Below, one piece after another: positions 46,447-57,053 of a stretch of DNA of 64,000 nucleotides (position 1 is its first letter; the number at the start of each line of letters is the position of its first letter). Both the position numbers and the translations under genes were made by a program. The stretch comes from Treponemataceae bacterium (GTDB taxonomy: Bacteria > Spirochaetota > Spirochaetia > Treponematales > Rectinemataceae): positions 416,001-480,000 of the forward strand of contig CAXXHO010000003.1 in assembly GCA_963667725.2 (NCBI GenBank), in the 5' to 3' direction. Below the pieces are notes generated by a model. The model saw only the letters and a program-made list of their open reading frames with translations. It ran no database searches and was not told the origin of the DNA.

Positions 46447-48246
46447 TTATTCGGCGTTTTCGACGGCGAACTGCCAATAATCCGCGCCGTGGCCATCCTC
46501 TACGGCATAACCGGCGGGAAGGGACGAAGCTTCGCTCGCGAAAGCGGGAGGGGTGAAGTATTGGATGCCCGCCGGATCCAGGGCCTCCTGGCTGTCCTTT
46601 TCGGCGGAATCGGAGAGCGCGGCCGCGACGGCGGCGGCAACGGCGACGTCTGTCGCCGCTTTATAGCCGTCTGACTTTTTCCACTCTTCCATCCGCTGGC
46701 CTTTGAGGAATTTCTCGGCTACGGAAGGGAAAAGCTCAAGAAGCAATTTTTCCTTCTCATCGATAGCGAGGAGACTGCCGCCCGCATCTTCCTGGACGGG
46801 ATTGGGCTGTTCCTTATAATTGGAAGTGTCGTAGGGGATTTCTTCCTTCGTGCCGCAAATCTTCAGGCGGAATTCCGGATCGACAGGCCATGGCGTTTTT
46901 CCGTAGGACCCTTTCACCAACTCGGCGAAGTTTTTCGACACATTGGCGTAGGGGTCTTCGCCCTTAATTTTGGAAACGACATAATTGACAGCCTGCACGC
47001 CGACGATCTGGCTCGTGGGCGTCACGAGGGGCGGAACGCCGGCATCGAGCCTGACGATGGGAACAACCTTCAATACCTCATTGAGATGCTGTTCCAGTTT
47101 GGCTTCTTTCAGTTGGGCCATCATGTTGGTATACATGCCGCCCGGGATCTGCGCGGTCTGGACGATGGCGTCGGGTTCGGGATAGTTGAAGGCTGCCTCG
47201 ATCTGCCTGCATCGCTCGAGAGCCTTCGTGAATTTGCCGCCGACCGTGAACTCCAGCGCGTCGTCGAAGAGGCTGTTGAGTTCGGGCGGGAGCCTGTCCT
47301 TGGATAGGTCCATCGCGGGAGGCAGCCGCTTGTACTGATCGAATTTGGAGAGTTCGGCCCTTATTTCGCGGAGCGCCGCGTCTATTTTTGCCACGGCGGC
47401 GTTGTCGACGCCTGTTTCCATCCCCAGCTTGTCGGCGAAAATCCTGATGATCTCGTACGCTGGCGCCGCCGGTCCGCCGGAGAAGGAGAGCATGGCCGTA
47501 TCGACGATGTCGACGCCGTTCACCATGGCCGAGAGGAGACTTGCCACGCCGTATCCGGGCGTGCAGTGGGTATGGAGATCGATGGGGACGCTCACCTCGT
47601 TTTTCAGGGCTTTTATGAGCCTGGCCGACTTTACCGGATCGATAAGTCCGGCCATGTCCTTGATGGTGATCATGTCGGCGCCGACGGCTTCGAGCGCTTT
47701 GGCTTTTTTCACGAAATAGTCAATGTTGAATATGTCGTTGGGCAGGTGCTTTCCGGATATGAAGGACCTGAATCTTTCCATCCCCGAAAACTTCGGATCC
47801 ACGGTGTAGCAGACGGCGCAGTCGGCCATTCCGCCGGCTTCTTTGACGAAGTTGATGGATGATTTCATGTTCTCGATATCGTTGAGGGCGTCGAAAATGC
47901 GCATGATGTCGATGCCCGAAGCGACCGCGTTCCTGCAGAAGCCGCCGATGACCGAATCGGGGTAGGGGTTGTAGCCGAAAAGATTTCTTCCCCTGGAGAG
48001 GGCGGTGAGCTTCGAGGCTCCGTCAATGCCAGCTTTGATCGATTCCAGCCGCCGCCAGGGGCTTTCATTGAGGTAGCGCATCACCGAATCGGGAACCGCT
48101 CCTCCCCAAACTTCCATGGCGAAAAAATGCGCGTCGCGGTAGTCGGGAAGAACTCTGTCCACCTGGGCTTGGTTCATCCTCGTAGCGAACTGGGATTGCT
48201 GACCGTCGCGCAGTGTCAGATCCCTTATCTTAAGCTGTTTCTTCAT
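46447..48246 (-). CDS. Pyruvate/oxaloacetate carboxyltransferase (OadA / PycB / transcarboxylase 5S family) without a biotinyl domain
   Basis: DLTLRDGQQS..ATRM, EVWGGA, RIFDALND, IKDMAG, LHTH, QIPGGMYTNM, PPLVTPTSQIVG; no AMKM motif. Confidence 0.88.
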   Translation of the reverse strand: MKKQLKIRDLTLRDGQQSQFATRMNQAQVDRVLPDYRDAHFFAMEVWGGAVPDSVMRYLNESPWRRLESIKAGIDGASKLTALSRGRNLFGYNPYPDSVIGGFCRNAVASGIDIMRIFDALNDIENMKSSINFVKEAGGMADCAVCYTVDPKFSGMERFRSFISGKHLPNDIFNIDYFVKKAKALEAVGADMITIKDMAGLIDPVKSARLIKALKNEVSVPIDLHTHCTPGYGVASLLSAMVNGVDIVDTAMLSFSGGPAAPAYEIIRIFADKLGMETGVDNAAVAKIDAALREIRAELSKFDQYKRLPPAMDLSKDRLPPELNSLFDDALEFTVGGKFTKALERCRQIEAAFNYPEPDAIVQTAQIPGGMYTNMMAQLKEAKLEQHLNEVLKVVPIVRLDAGVPPLVTPTSQIVGVQAVNYVVSKIKGEDPYANVSKNFAELVKGSYGKTPWPVDPEFRLKICGTKEEIPYDTSNYKEQPNPVQEDAGGSLLAIDEKEKLLLELFPSVAEKFLKGQRMEEWKKSDGYKAATDVAVAAAVAAALSDSAEKDSQEALDPAGIQYFTPPAFASEASSLPAGYAVEDGHGADYWQFAVENAE

Positions 48247-48346
48247 ATCGAAAGTCCTCCGATAAATTATGCCGGTATTTTTATCAAATAAGTATACATC
48301 CTGAAAAGAGGATCGAGAAGTGGGCCAGCGGTCGGGTACTATTCTT

Positions 48347-48375
48347 TTGACAGAATCCCCATATTCGGATATAAT
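48347..48375 (+). promoter_or_regulatory. Consensus sigma70 promoter of the kor-mcm operon
   Basis: TTGACA-17-TATAAT. Confidence 0.8.
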
Positions 48376-48509
48376 GACGGATATGCCGCATTCCTAGACT
48401 AACCTCGAACAAATTTTATCTAGGCTATTTCTGTCTTGTTCCAGGCGCCCGGGAAACAATTCCGACCTGTATAGGCCGGGAGCGGCGCAAACATCGTCGA
48501 GCAGGGTAT

Positions 48510-48785
48510 ATGGCTGAACAAAAAAAAGGCTATTATCATGTGATCCGCGAGAAGTACTGCAAAGGCTGCGGCATTTGTGTCGCCTTTTGCCCAAAACATC
48601 TTCTCGTGCTGAAAAACGGCAAGGTTTTCCCCGAGAAACCTGAAATCTGCATCGGGTGCCGCATGTGCGAATTCAGGTGCCCGGACTACGCGATCGAGGT
48701 AAAGCCGCTCGAAAAAGAGCCCAACCACGGACACAACGTGGATGCCTACGATCTCAGTCTGCCGCCGGAGGCGCATAATGGCTAA
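48510..48785 (+). CDS. korD: 2-oxoacid:ferredoxin oxidoreductase delta subunit (2x[4Fe-4S])
   Basis: CKGCGICVAFCP and CIGCRMCEFRCPD. Confidence 0.88.
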   Translation: MAEQKKGYYHVIREKYCKGCGICVAFCPKHLLVLKNGKVFPEKPEICIGCRMCEFRCPDYAIEVKPLEKEPNHGHNVDAYDLSLPPEAHNG

Positions 48786-49911
48786 TATCGTCAAACTCAT
48801 GCAGGGAAATGAAGCGTGCACGATGGGCGCTCTCGCCGCCGGACTCCAGTTCTTCGGCGGCTACCCGATCACCCCTTCCACAGAGATTGCCGAGATGTGC
48901 TCCGAGGAGCTGCCCAAGGTCGGCGGCAAATTCATTCAGATGGAAGATGAAATAGGCTCCATCGCCGCGTGCATCGGCGCTTCCCTCACCGGGAAGAAGG
49001 CCATGACCGCCACGTCGGGTCCCGGATTCTCCCTGATGCAGGAAAACATCGGCTATGCCTGTCTCTGCGAAATTCCCGTCGTCATCATCAACGTTCAGCG
49101 GATGGGTCCTTCCACGGGCATGCCTACAAGTCCGGCCCAGGGCGATGTGATGCAGGCGCGCTGGGGAACCCATGGAGACCATTCCATCATCGTCCTCACG
49201 CCAGGCAACGTTAAGGAGTGCTTTGAACTCACCTTCAAGGCCTTCGTCCTCTCGGAAAAATACAGGATTCCCGTCATCGTTCTGGCCGACGAGGTCATCT
49301 GCCACATGAGGGAGAAGGTGGTTCTGCCCGATCCCAAAACCTACAAGATTCCCATGCGCGCCATGCCGGAATCTCCGGCCGGGTACAAGCCATACGCGGC
49401 CGATCCCGATGGCGGCGTGCCTCTCATGGCGCCCTTCGGCAAGGGTTATCGCTGGCACTGCACGGGTCTGTTCCACGACGAGACGGGAGCCCCGTCGGGC
49501 AAGCCCGCCGTCGCCAACGCCCTTCTACGGCGGCTCGATCGAAAAATCGAGAAGAACAAGGCCGAATTCGAGGATTATTTCGCCGAAAATCTGGATGACT
49601 GCGACGTCGCTGTCGTTTCCTTCGGTTCCTCGGCCATGGCCGCCCTGTCGGCGGTGAGGCGGGCTCGGAAGGAAGGCTTGAAGGCCGGCATGCTCAGGCT
49701 CAAGACGATGTGGCCTTTCCCCGACGAAACCCTGCGAAGATTGACCTCTAGCGCGAAAACGATAATCGTCCCCGAGATGAATCTTGGCCAGGTCGCCCTC
49801 GAAGTGGAGCGCGTGATCCACGGCAAGGCTAAGGTCGTAAAGCTTGGAAAGGTGAACGGCGAACTCTTCCACCCCGACGAAGTGTACGCGGCCCTCAAGG
49901 AGGCCTTCTGA
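48778..49911 (+). CDS. korA: 2-oxoacid:ferredoxin oxidoreductase alpha subunit
   Basis: GNEAC, GYPITPSTE, QMEDE, TATSGPG, QRMGPSTGMPT, PEMNLGQ. Confidence 0.9.
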   Translation: MANIVKLMQGNEACTMGALAAGLQFFGGYPITPSTEIAEMCSEELPKVGGKFIQMEDEIGSIAACIGASLTGKKAMTATSGPGFSLMQENIGYACLCEIPVVIINVQRMGPSTGMPTSPAQGDVMQARWGTHGDHSIIVLTPGNVKECFELTFKAFVLSEKYRIPVIVLADEVICHMREKVVLPDPKTYKIPMRAMPESPAGYKPYAADPDGGVPLMAPFGKGYRWHCTGLFHDETGAPSGKPAVANALLRRLDRKIEKNKAEFEDYFAENLDDCDVAVVSFGSSAMAALSAVRRARKEGLKAGMLRLKTMWPFPDETLRRLTSSAKTIIVPEMNLGQVALEVERVIHGKAKVVKLGKVNGELFHPDEVYAALKEAF

Positions 49912-50771
49912 TGGCTGAACTACTCGACTATTTCCGCAAGGAAAGGCTTCCCCATATCTGGTGCCCCGGCTGCGGCCACGGAACGATCACGGGTGCTCTC
50001 GTCCGGGCCATCGATAAGCTTGGTCTCGACAAGAACAACATCGTCCTGGTCTCTGGAATAGGCTGTTCGAGCCGCGCCGTCGGCTACCTCGATTTCGACA
50101 CGGTGCATACGACCCATGGCCGGGCGCTCGCCTTCGCGACGGGCATCAAGCACGCGAGGCCCAATCTCAAGGTAATCGTCATGACCGGCGACGGAGACTG
50201 CACGGCCATAGGCGGCAACCATTTCATCCACGCCGCCCGCCGCAACATCGATATCACCACGATCATCATGAACAATTCGATCTACGGCATGACATCGGGC
50301 CAGTATTCACCCACGACCCCCCACGGCATGCTGGGAACGACGGCTCCGTACGGCAACGTCGAATATGAATTCGATGTCTGCAAACTGGCCGAGGCGGCCG
50401 GCGCGAGCTACGTGGCGAGAGCCTCCAGCTACCATGTGACGCTTCTCACCGAGCTCCTCGAGAAGGCCCTCATGAACAAGGGCTTCTCCGTGGTCGAGGC
50501 GCTGGCGCAGTGTCCCACCTATCTGGGCAGGAAGAACAAGATCGGCGGAGCCGTCGAGGTCCTGAACTGGATCAAGGACAGGACGGTCAACGTAAAGGCC
50601 GCCGCGGCGCTTCCTCCTGAAAAGCTGGAAGGCAAACTGCTGATCGGCGAACTTTTCACGCATGACAGGCCCGAATATACGGCCAGCTACGCCGAAATGA
50701 CGGCGAAAGTACAGAGAACATACAACGATTACAAGGGAGGTAACCGGGGATGCGAGTTGAATTCAGACTAA
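49911..50771 (+). CDS. korB: 2-oxoacid:ferredoxin oxidoreductase beta (TPP) subunit
   Basis: WCPGCG, SGIGCS, HTTHGR, GDGD..AIGGNH..NNSIYGMT.GQ. Confidence 0.9.
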   Translation: MAELLDYFRKERLPHIWCPGCGHGTITGALVRAIDKLGLDKNNIVLVSGIGCSSRAVGYLDFDTVHTTHGRALAFATGIKHARPNLKVIVMTGDGDCTAIGGNHFIHAARRNIDITTIIMNNSIYGMTSGQYSPTTPHGMLGTTAPYGNVEYEFDVCKLAEAAGASYVARASSYHVTLLTELLEKALMNKGFSVVEALAQCPTYLGRKNKIGGAVEVLNWIKDRTVNVKAAAALPPEKLEGKLLIGELFTHDRPEYTASYAEMTAKVQRTYNDYKGGNRGCELNSD

Positions 50772-51301
50772 GCGGCTCCGGTGGCCAGGGCCTTTTGCTC
50801 GCGGGCATCACGCTCGCCGAAGCGGCCATCGATGAGGGCAAGAACGCGGTACAGACACAGAGTTACGGACCTGAGGCGAGAGGCGGCTCAAGCAAGGCGG
50901 AAGTCGTGATTTCCGACGAGGAAATCGATTACCCGAAGGCGACCGATCCCGATTTCCTTCTCGCGCTCACCACGGATGCGTATAAAACCTATGGACCCCT
51001 GATGAAGAAGGGGCTGATCATCACCGATACGTCGGTGACGCTCAATCCCGCCATTACGGCGAGAACGGTCGCCCTGCCGATACTGGCTTCGGCCGTGGAG
51101 AAGGTGGGCAAGAAAGTCGTGGCCAATATGGTGGCCCTGGGCGTCCTCGGCGGCATTTCCGGCGTCGCAAGCCGCGAAGTGCTGCGAAAAGCGGTCAAAG
51201 CCAGGGTCCCAAAGGGAACCGACGAGCTGAACCTTAAGGCGCTCGATGTGGGGCTTCAATTAGCCGCGCAGTCGGGAGTTTCCGGCGTGACGGTCCTATA
51301 A
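50750..51301 (+). CDS. korC: 2-oxoacid:ferredoxin oxidoreductase gamma subunit
   Basis: GSGGQG, QSYGPEARGG.S, ANMVALG. Confidence 0.9.
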   Translation: MRVEFRLSGSGGQGLLLAGITLAEAAIDEGKNAVQTQSYGPEARGGSSKAEVVISDEEIDYPKATDPDFLLALTTDAYKTYGPLMKKGLIITDTSVTLNPAITARTVALPILASAVEKVGKKVVANMVALGVLGGISGVASREVLRKAVKARVPKGTDELNLKALDVGLQLAAQSGVSGVTVL

Positions 51302-51313
51302 GGAGACTAAGCA

Positions 51314-52981
51314 ATGAGTGAAAGCGAAAAACTCGAGAAAGCGCTCCAGGACTGGAACGCCAAAGTCGAGAAGTCCATCGCCAAATATCCTGAAAGGAAG
51401 GCCGCGTTCGTCACAGGCTCCAATAGTCCCGTCAGGCGTATTTATACGCCAATCGATGTCGGGAATAAGGATAAACTTGAGACGGTCGGCCTGCCTGGAG
51501 AGTTCCCCTATACCAGAGGCGTCCAGTCGACCATGTATCGCGGACGTCTTTGGACCATGAGGCAGTACGCGGGTTTCGGCAACGCCGAAGAATCCAACGC
51601 CCGCTACAAGTTCCTCCTCGCTCAGGGACAGACGGGTCTGTCCATCGCCTTCGACCTTCCTACCCAGATCGGCTACGATTCGGATCATCCGCTCGCCGCC
51701 GGCGAGGTGGGCAAGGTAGGCGTGGCGATCGACTCCCTGGAGGACATGGAAACCCTTTTCGGCGGCATTCCGCTGGACAAGGTTTCCACGAGCATGACCA
51801 TCAACGCTCCCGCCTCTGTCCTCCTCGCGATGTACATCGCCGTGGCCGAAAAGCAGGGCGTGTCGGCCGGCAAGCTCGACGGCACGATCCAGAACGACAT
51901 CCTCAAGGAATACGTCGCCCGCGGCACCTATATCTTCCCGCCGACGCCTTCCATGAGGCTCATCACCGACATTTTTTCCTATTGTTCGAAAGAGGTACCT
52001 AGCTGGAATACGATTTCCATCTCCGGCTACCATATCCGCGAGGCGGGCGCCACCGCCGTCCAGGAAGTGGCCTTCACCCTGGCCGACGGCATCGCCTATG
52101 TCGACGCGGCCATCAAGGCCGGCCTCGACGTGGATGAGTTCGCGCCTCGCCTTTCCTTCTTCTTCAACGCGCACAACGATCTTTTCGAGGAAGCGGCCAA
52201 GTTTCGCGCGGCCCGCCGCGTCTGGGCCCATATCATGAAAGAACGTTTCGGCGCCAAGAACCCCAAGAGCCTCATGCTGCGCTTCCATACGCAGACGGCG
52301 GGCTCGACGCTCACGGCGCAGCAGCCAGAAAACAATGTCGTGCGCGTCACGATCCAGGCGCTCGCGGCCGTGCTCGGCGGAACCCAGTCCCTGCACACGA
52401 ATTCAAGGGATGAGGCCCTCGCCCTGCCGACCGAGGCTTCCGTGCGAATAGCGCTCAGGACCCAGCAGATCCTCGCTTACGAGTCAGGCGTCGCCGAGAC
52501 GCCAGACCCGCTGGCCGGTTCCTACTACGTGGAAACCCTCACCGATTCGATCGAGGAGGGCGTCCTCGCCTACATCAAGCGCATCGACGATCTGGGCGGA
52601 GCGGTCAAGGCCATCGAGCAGGGCTACATCCAGCAGGAAATCCAGGATTCGGCCTATGCATGGCAGATGGATGTCGAGAAGAATGAGCGCGTGGTGGTCG
52701 GGCTCAACAAGTTCCAGGTGAAGGAAGGTCCGCCCAAGGGACTCCTGCGCGTGGATCCCGCGGTCGGCGAAAATCAGGTCGCGAAGCTGCGGGCCCTTAG
52801 GGCACGTCGCGATAACGCGGCCGTCACGGCGGCGCTGGAAGCCCTGAAAGTCGCCGCGATGGGCTCGGACAATCTCATGCCTTACATCCTTACCGCGGTC
52901 AAGACCTACGCGACATTGGGTGAAGTCTGCGATGTGCTGAGGGGCGTCTTCGGCGAATATCGCCCCAGCGTCATGTTCTAA
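51314..52981 (+). CDS. Methylmalonyl-CoA mutase, substrate-binding (large) subunit of a split enzyme
   Basis: [19 protein letters not shown] (Tyr) and KEYVARGTY (Arg), the MCM specificity residues; [10 protein letters not shown]. Confidence 0.9.
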   Translation: MSESEKLEKALQDWNAKVEKSIAKYPERKAAFVTGSNSPVRRIYTPIDVGNKDKLETVGLPGEFPYTRGVQSTMYRGRLWTMRQYAGFGNAEESNARYKFLLAQGQTGLSIAFDLPTQIGYDSDHPLAAGEVGKVGVAIDSLEDMETLFGGIPLDKVSTSMTINAPASVLLAMYIAVAEKQGVSAGKLDGTIQNDILKEYVARGTYIFPPTPSMRLITDIFSYCSKEVPSWNTISISGYHIREAGATAVQEVAFTLADGIAYVDAAIKAGLDVDEFAPRLSFFFNAHNDLFEEAAKFRAARRVWAHIMKERFGAKNPKSLMLRFHTQTAGSTLTAQQPENNVVRVTIQALAAVLGGTQSLHTNSRDEALALPTEASVRIALRTQQILAYESGVAETPDPLAGSYYVETLTDSIEEGVLAYIKRIDDLGGAVKAIEQGYIQQEIQDSAYAWQMDVEKNERVVVGLNKFQVKEGPPKGLLRVDPAVGENQVAKLRALRARRDNAAVTAALEALKVAAMGSDNLMPYILTAVKTYATLGEVCDVLRGVFGEYRPSVMF

Positions 52982-52997
52982 TCGAGGGAGTCACAGC

Positions 52998-53396
52998 ATG
53001 GAACGTAAAATACGCGTTATCGTCGCGAAACCCGGCCTCGATGGCCATGACAGGGGCGCCAAGGTCATAGCCCGAGCCCTGCGCGACGCGGGCATGGAAG
53101 TAATCTATACAGGACTGCGCCAGACTCCCGAACAGATCGTCCAGGCGGCCATTCAGGAAGATGCCGACGTGATCGCCCTCTCCATTCTTTCGGGGGCGCA
53201 CAACCATCTCTTCCCCCGCGTCGTGGACCTGCTCAAGGAAAAGGGCGCCGATGACATTCTCGTGTTCGGAGGCGGCGTCATACCCGAGGAGGACATTCCT
53301 TTCCTCAAATCCAAGGGCATCGCGGAAGTCTTCGGACCGGGCACGCCCACTTCGGTGACCGTGGATTTCATCAAGACACATCTAAAAAGAGAGTAG
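52998..53396 (+). CDS. Methylmalonyl-CoA mutase, cobalamin-binding (small) subunit
   Basis: [26 protein letters not shown]. Confidence 0.92.
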   Translation: MERKIRVIVAKPGLDGHDRGAKVIARALRDAGMEVIYTGLRQTPEQIVQAAIQEDADVIALSILSGAHNHLFPRVVDLLKEKGADDILVFGGGVIPEEDIPFLKSKGIAEVFGPGTPTSVTVDFIKTHLKRE

Positions 53397-53405
53397 CGTC
53401 CATAC

Positions 53406-54473
53406 ATGATTGATACCCTCGCGCGCCGCTGCCTCGATGGCGACCTGCGTGCCGTGGCGAGGCTGATAAGCCTGCTCGAGGACGGCGACAAGGATGCTTT
53501 CGGCACTCTCGCCGCCCTCAAACAGCGCTCTGGCCAAGCCCACGTCATAGGCATAACGGGTCCCCCAGGCTCGGGCAAAAGCACATTGACGGACAAGCTC
53601 ATCGGCGAATTCCGCGCGAGCGGGAAGAAAGTGGGCGTCATCGCCGTCGACCCGTCGAGCCCCTTCTCCGGCGGCGCCATCCTGGGCGACCGTCTGCGCA
53701 TGCAGGAGCACGCGACCGATCCCGGCGTTTTCATACGCAGTCTCGCCTCGCGGGGCCGCCTCGGCGGTCTCTCGAAGGCGACGGCCTTCGCCCTGCGCGC
53801 CCTGGAAGCCGCCGGCTACGATATCGTGATCATCGAAACGGTAGGCGTAGGCCAGTCGGAGATCGATATAGTCAAGGTGGCCGATACGGTAGTCCTCATC
53901 TCCGTTCCAGGCTTGGGTGACGATATACAGGTCATCAAGGCGGGAATCATGGAGATAGGCGACATCTTCGTCGTGAACAAATCGGACAGGGATGGAGCCG
54001 ACAGGGTAGTGAGGGAAATACGCGCCATGCTTGAAACCCAGGCGATGCTAAAGCGGGGAAGAAGCGTGGATGCGGGCCCTGACACATTATCCGCGAGAAA
54101 CGCGGAAATTCTGCATCATGGCCAGAATGACCTCCGCCCCGAAACCATGCCCGATAGGGCTGATCCCTTCGACCTGCCTCCCGTGATGAAGACGATAGCC
54201 GAGACAGGGGAGGGCGTGCCCGAGCTCTGCCGGGAAATCCTTTCGCGTTTCGAAGACGCGAAGGCTTCAGGTGAACTCGAAAAAAGACGCCAGGCTTCCA
54301 TTAAATCCCAGCTTAAGGATCTGGTCGGATGGCAGGTCATGGACTATTTCGTCGATCATGAGGAAAACGGCCGCCTGGACAACCTGGCGCGGGCCATCCT
54401 CACCAGGGAGATCGACATCTATACCGCGGCGCGGGAACTTTTTTCCGCGCTCATCAAAGGAGAAAGACAATGA
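53406..54473 (+). CDS. meaB: MeaB/ArgK GTPase chaperone of methylmalonyl-CoA mutase
   Basis: GPPGSGKST, AVDPSSPFSGGAILGDR.RM, ETVGVGQSE, NKSD. Confidence 0.94.
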   Translation: MIDTLARRCLDGDLRAVARLISLLEDGDKDAFGTLAALKQRSGQAHVIGITGPPGSGKSTLTDKLIGEFRASGKKVGVIAVDPSSPFSGGAILGDRLRMQEHATDPGVFIRSLASRGRLGGLSKATAFALRALEAAGYDIVIIETVGVGQSEIDIVKVADTVVLISVPGLGDDIQVIKAGIMEIGDIFVVNKSDRDGADRVVREIRAMLETQAMLKRGRSVDAGPDTLSARNAEILHHGQNDLRPETMPDRADPFDLPPVMKTIAETGEGVPELCREILSRFEDAKASGELEKRRQASIKSQLKDLVGWQVMDYFVDHEENGRLDNLARAILTREIDIYTAARELFSALIKGERQ

Positions 54474-54874
54474 AACTCGATAGACTGGATCATATCGGCA
54501 TCGCGGTGGAAAAGATCGACGAAGCGCTGCCATTCTGGGAAGGGATTCTGGGACTCCCTCTCCACGGCACCGAGGAAGTGCAGGAACAGAAAGTGCGCAC
54601 CGCCTTTCTTCCTCTTGGCGAGTCCGAGATTGAGCTTCTGGAATCCCTGGACCCGGAGGGACCCATCGGTAAATTCATCGCCGCTAAGGGGCAGGGCATA
54701 CAGCATATCGCTTTCAGGGTGGATGACATAGAAGCCGCGCTTGCCGAACTGAAAGAAAAGGGAGTTCGCCTGATAGACCAGGCTCCGCGCTATGGCGCCG
54801 GCGGAGCGAAGATCGCATTCCTTCATCCTAAAGCCACGGGCGGCGTACTGATCGAACTCTGTGAGAGGAAATAA
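54470..54874 (+). CDS. mce: Methylmalonyl-CoA epimerase
   Basis: DHIGIAV, IELLE, GIQHIAF, FLHPK.TGGVLIEL. Confidence 0.94.
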   Translation: MKLDRLDHIGIAVEKIDEALPFWEGILGLPLHGTEEVQEQKVRTAFLPLGESEIELLESLDPEGPIGKFIAAKGQGIQHIAFRVDDIEAALAELKEKGVRLIDQAPRYGAGGAKIAFLHPKATGGVLIELCERK

Positions 54875-54890
54875 TAAAGGTTGGCTTGGT

Positions 54891-54975
54891 TTATATAATC
54901 TATATATATAAAGTATAATATATATAATACACTTTATCATTTTATATTATTATATATAGATATTAATATATATTA
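54891..54975. other. Extremely AT-rich, TA-alternating intergenic tract
   Basis: 6 G/C in 85 nt by hand count; 11-bp inverted repeat ATCTATATATA(54898)/TATATATAGAT(54951). Confidence 0.9.
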
Positions 54976-55114
54976 CTGAATTTTAAGGTGTAGATATTTT
55001 TTTTATCAGGTACTATACTGATTCTCGGTACTTTATCAATCAATAGCTCTCCCGGACTGCTTTAAATGGATACGCGACAGCCCGGCGGGCAAATGCAAGG
55101 ATGGTCGGCGCATT

Positions 55115-56659
55115 ATGGATGAAAAGCTTAAAGAGCTTGAAGAGCGGCGCGCCAAGGTGCTTGCGGGCGGTGGCCCAAAGCGCATTGCGGCCCAGCACGC
55201 GAAAGGCAAGAAGACTGCAAGAGAAAGGATAGAGGCTCTTCTTGACCGGGGATCCTTTGTCGAATTGGATGCTTTTGTCGAGCATCGCTGCACCGATCTG
55301 GGAATGGACGAAGTTCAAGCTCCCGGGGAAGGTGTGGTGATCGGTTACGGAACCATCAACGGCAGAACCGTCTATGTGTTCGCCCAGGATTTTACCGTCA
55401 TCGGCGGTTCCCTTGGCGAGATGCACGCGGCAAAAATCTGCAAAGCCATGGATATGGCGGTAAAAGTCGGTTGCCCCTGCATCGGGATCAACGATTCCGG
55501 CGGAGCGAGAATCCAGGAAGGCGTCGACGCCCTCTCCGGATACGGCGATATTTTCTACCGCAACACTCTTGCTTCTGGGGTAGTTCCGCAGATCTCCGTC
55601 ATAATGGGACCCTGCGCGGGCGGCGCCGTCTATTCCCCAGCTCTCACGGATTTCGTCTTCATGACGGAAGGCTCCTCGAACATGTTCATCACCGGTCCCC
55701 AGGTTATAAAGGCCGTAACCGGCGAAGACGTCTCGGCGGAAGACCTCGGTGGCGCCCGTGTCCATACCGAAGTTTCGGGCGTATCCCAGTTCCGCTTCAA
55801 GGACGAGGACTCGACCATCGAAGGCATAAGGAAACTCCTCTCCTTCCTGCCCCAGAACAACATCGAAGACGTGCCCCTCGTAAAGAACGGCGACGAACCG
55901 TTCAGGGCAGATCCCGAACTCGCCAATATCATGCCCGATTCGCCCAACAAACCCTACGATGTCCGCAGTGTCATTGAACGCGTTGTCGACCTGGGCGACT
56001 ACCTTGAGGCTCAGCCCGATTATGCCAAGAATATCGTCACCTGCTTTGCCCGCCTTGGAGGCAGATCGGTAGGCATCATCGCCAACCAGCCCGCCGTCAT
56101 GGCCGGCGTTCTCGATATCAACGCTTCGGACAAAGCCTCGCGCTTCATCCGTTTCTGCGACTCCTTTAACATTCCCCTCGTGACCTTCACCGACACCGCG
56201 GGGTACCTCCCGGGCGTGGGACAGGAACACGGCGGCGTGATAAGGCACGGAGCCAAGCTCCTCTACGCCTATTCTGAAGCCACCGTCCCGAAGCTGACCG
56301 TCATCCTGAGGAAAGCATACGGCGGCGCCTACATCGCCATGTGCTCTCGCCATCTTGGAGCCGATCAGGTTCTGGCTTGGCCCACGGCGGAAATCGCCGT
56401 CATGGGACCCGACGGCGCGGCCAACATCATCTTCAAGAAAGAAATTGAAGAAGCTGCCGATCCCGTCGCGGCCAGGAAGGAAAAAATCGCCGAGTACAAG
56501 ACAAGCTTCGCCAACCCCTATAAAGCGGCGGTGCGCGGCTACGTCGACGACGTGATCGATCCGGCCCAGACCAGAGCCCGGCTCTGCTCGGCGCTCACCA
56601 TGCTGCTCGGCAAACGGCAGACGCTCCCCGCGCGCAAGCACGGGAACATGCCCGTCTGA
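55115..56659 (+). CDS. mmdA: Methylmalonyl-CoA decarboxylase alpha subunit (acyl-CoA carboxyltransferase)
   Basis: [60 protein letters not shown]. Confidence 0.9.
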   Translation: MDEKLKELEERRAKVLAGGGPKRIAAQHAKGKKTARERIEALLDRGSFVELDAFVEHRCTDLGMDEVQAPGEGVVIGYGTINGRTVYVFAQDFTVIGGSLGEMHAAKICKAMDMAVKVGCPCIGINDSGGARIQEGVDALSGYGDIFYRNTLASGVVPQISVIMGPCAGGAVYSPALTDFVFMTEGSSNMFITGPQVIKAVTGEDVSAEDLGGARVHTEVSGVSQFRFKDEDSTIEGIRKLLSFLPQNNIEDVPLVKNGDEPFRADPELANIMPDSPNKPYDVRSVIERVVDLGDYLEAQPDYAKNIVTCFARLGGRSVGIIANQPAVMAGVLDINASDKASRFIRFCDSFNIPLVTFTDTAGYLPGVGQEHGGVIRHGAKLLYAYSEATVPKLTVILRKAYGGAYIAMCSRHLGADQVLAWPTAEIAVMGPDGAANIIFKKEIEEAADPVAARKEKIAEYKTSFANPYKAAVRGYVDDVIDPAQTRARLCSALTMLLGKRQTLPARKHGNMPV

Positions 56660-56673
56660 CAGGGAGAATAAGC

Positions 56674-57033
56674 ATGGACAATAAATGGATGATAATGCTT
56701 GCCGGAGTCGGCACTGTCTTCGTGGCGCTTATCGTAATCATCGTAATGCTTGCGATTTTTCATATGATTTTCGGAAAGCGCGCCGATAAAAAGCGGCCTA
56801 ATCTGGCGCCTCTTCCCGAAATCCACAGTCCTACCCCAGCGGTACAATCTTCCCCAACTCAGCCTTTACAAGCTGGCGGAGAACTTATAGCAGTGATTAT
56901 CGCCGCGATCTCTTCCGCTACCGGCAAGTCCCCTGCCGCATTCCAGATCAGCTCGATCAGCGCTTCATCGGAAACGGAGAGCGGTTTTAATACCCCAGTA
57001 TGGGGACAGATCGAGCGATTCGCTCGCAAATGA
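56674..57033 (+). CDS. mmdD: Na+-decarboxylase delta/OadG-family subunit
   Basis: Single N-terminal TM (GVGTVFVAL), Pro-rich linker, ELIAVIIAAI...W tail. Confidence 0.82.
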   Translation: MDNKWMIMLAGVGTVFVALIVIIVMLAIFHMIFGKRADKKRPNLAPLPEIHSPTPAVQSSPTQPLQAGGELIAVIIAAISSATGKSPAAFQISSISASSETESGFNTPVWGQIERFARK

Positions 57034-57053
57034 GCACAACAAGGAGAATAGCA

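Noticed and set aside
51314..53396. Isobutyryl-CoA or 2-hydroxyisobutyryl-CoA mutase (same split architecture)
   Set aside because: The specificity positions are Tyr (RQYAG) and Arg (VARGT) as in methylmalonyl-CoA mutase, and an epimerase and decarboxylase are adjacent.
54885..55040. Replication origin unwinding element or BirA operator
   Set aside because: No TTATCCACA-type DnaA boxes or dnaA/dnaN nearby, and no complete TGTAAACC..GGTTTACA palindrome.
55040..56641. 533-aa antisense ORF over mmdA, and similar long shadow ORFs (41677-42660, 51296-52396, 27189-28208, 13226-14242)
   Set aside because: They lie opposite well-supported genes, have no recognisable motifs, and are expected from GC-rich codon bias.
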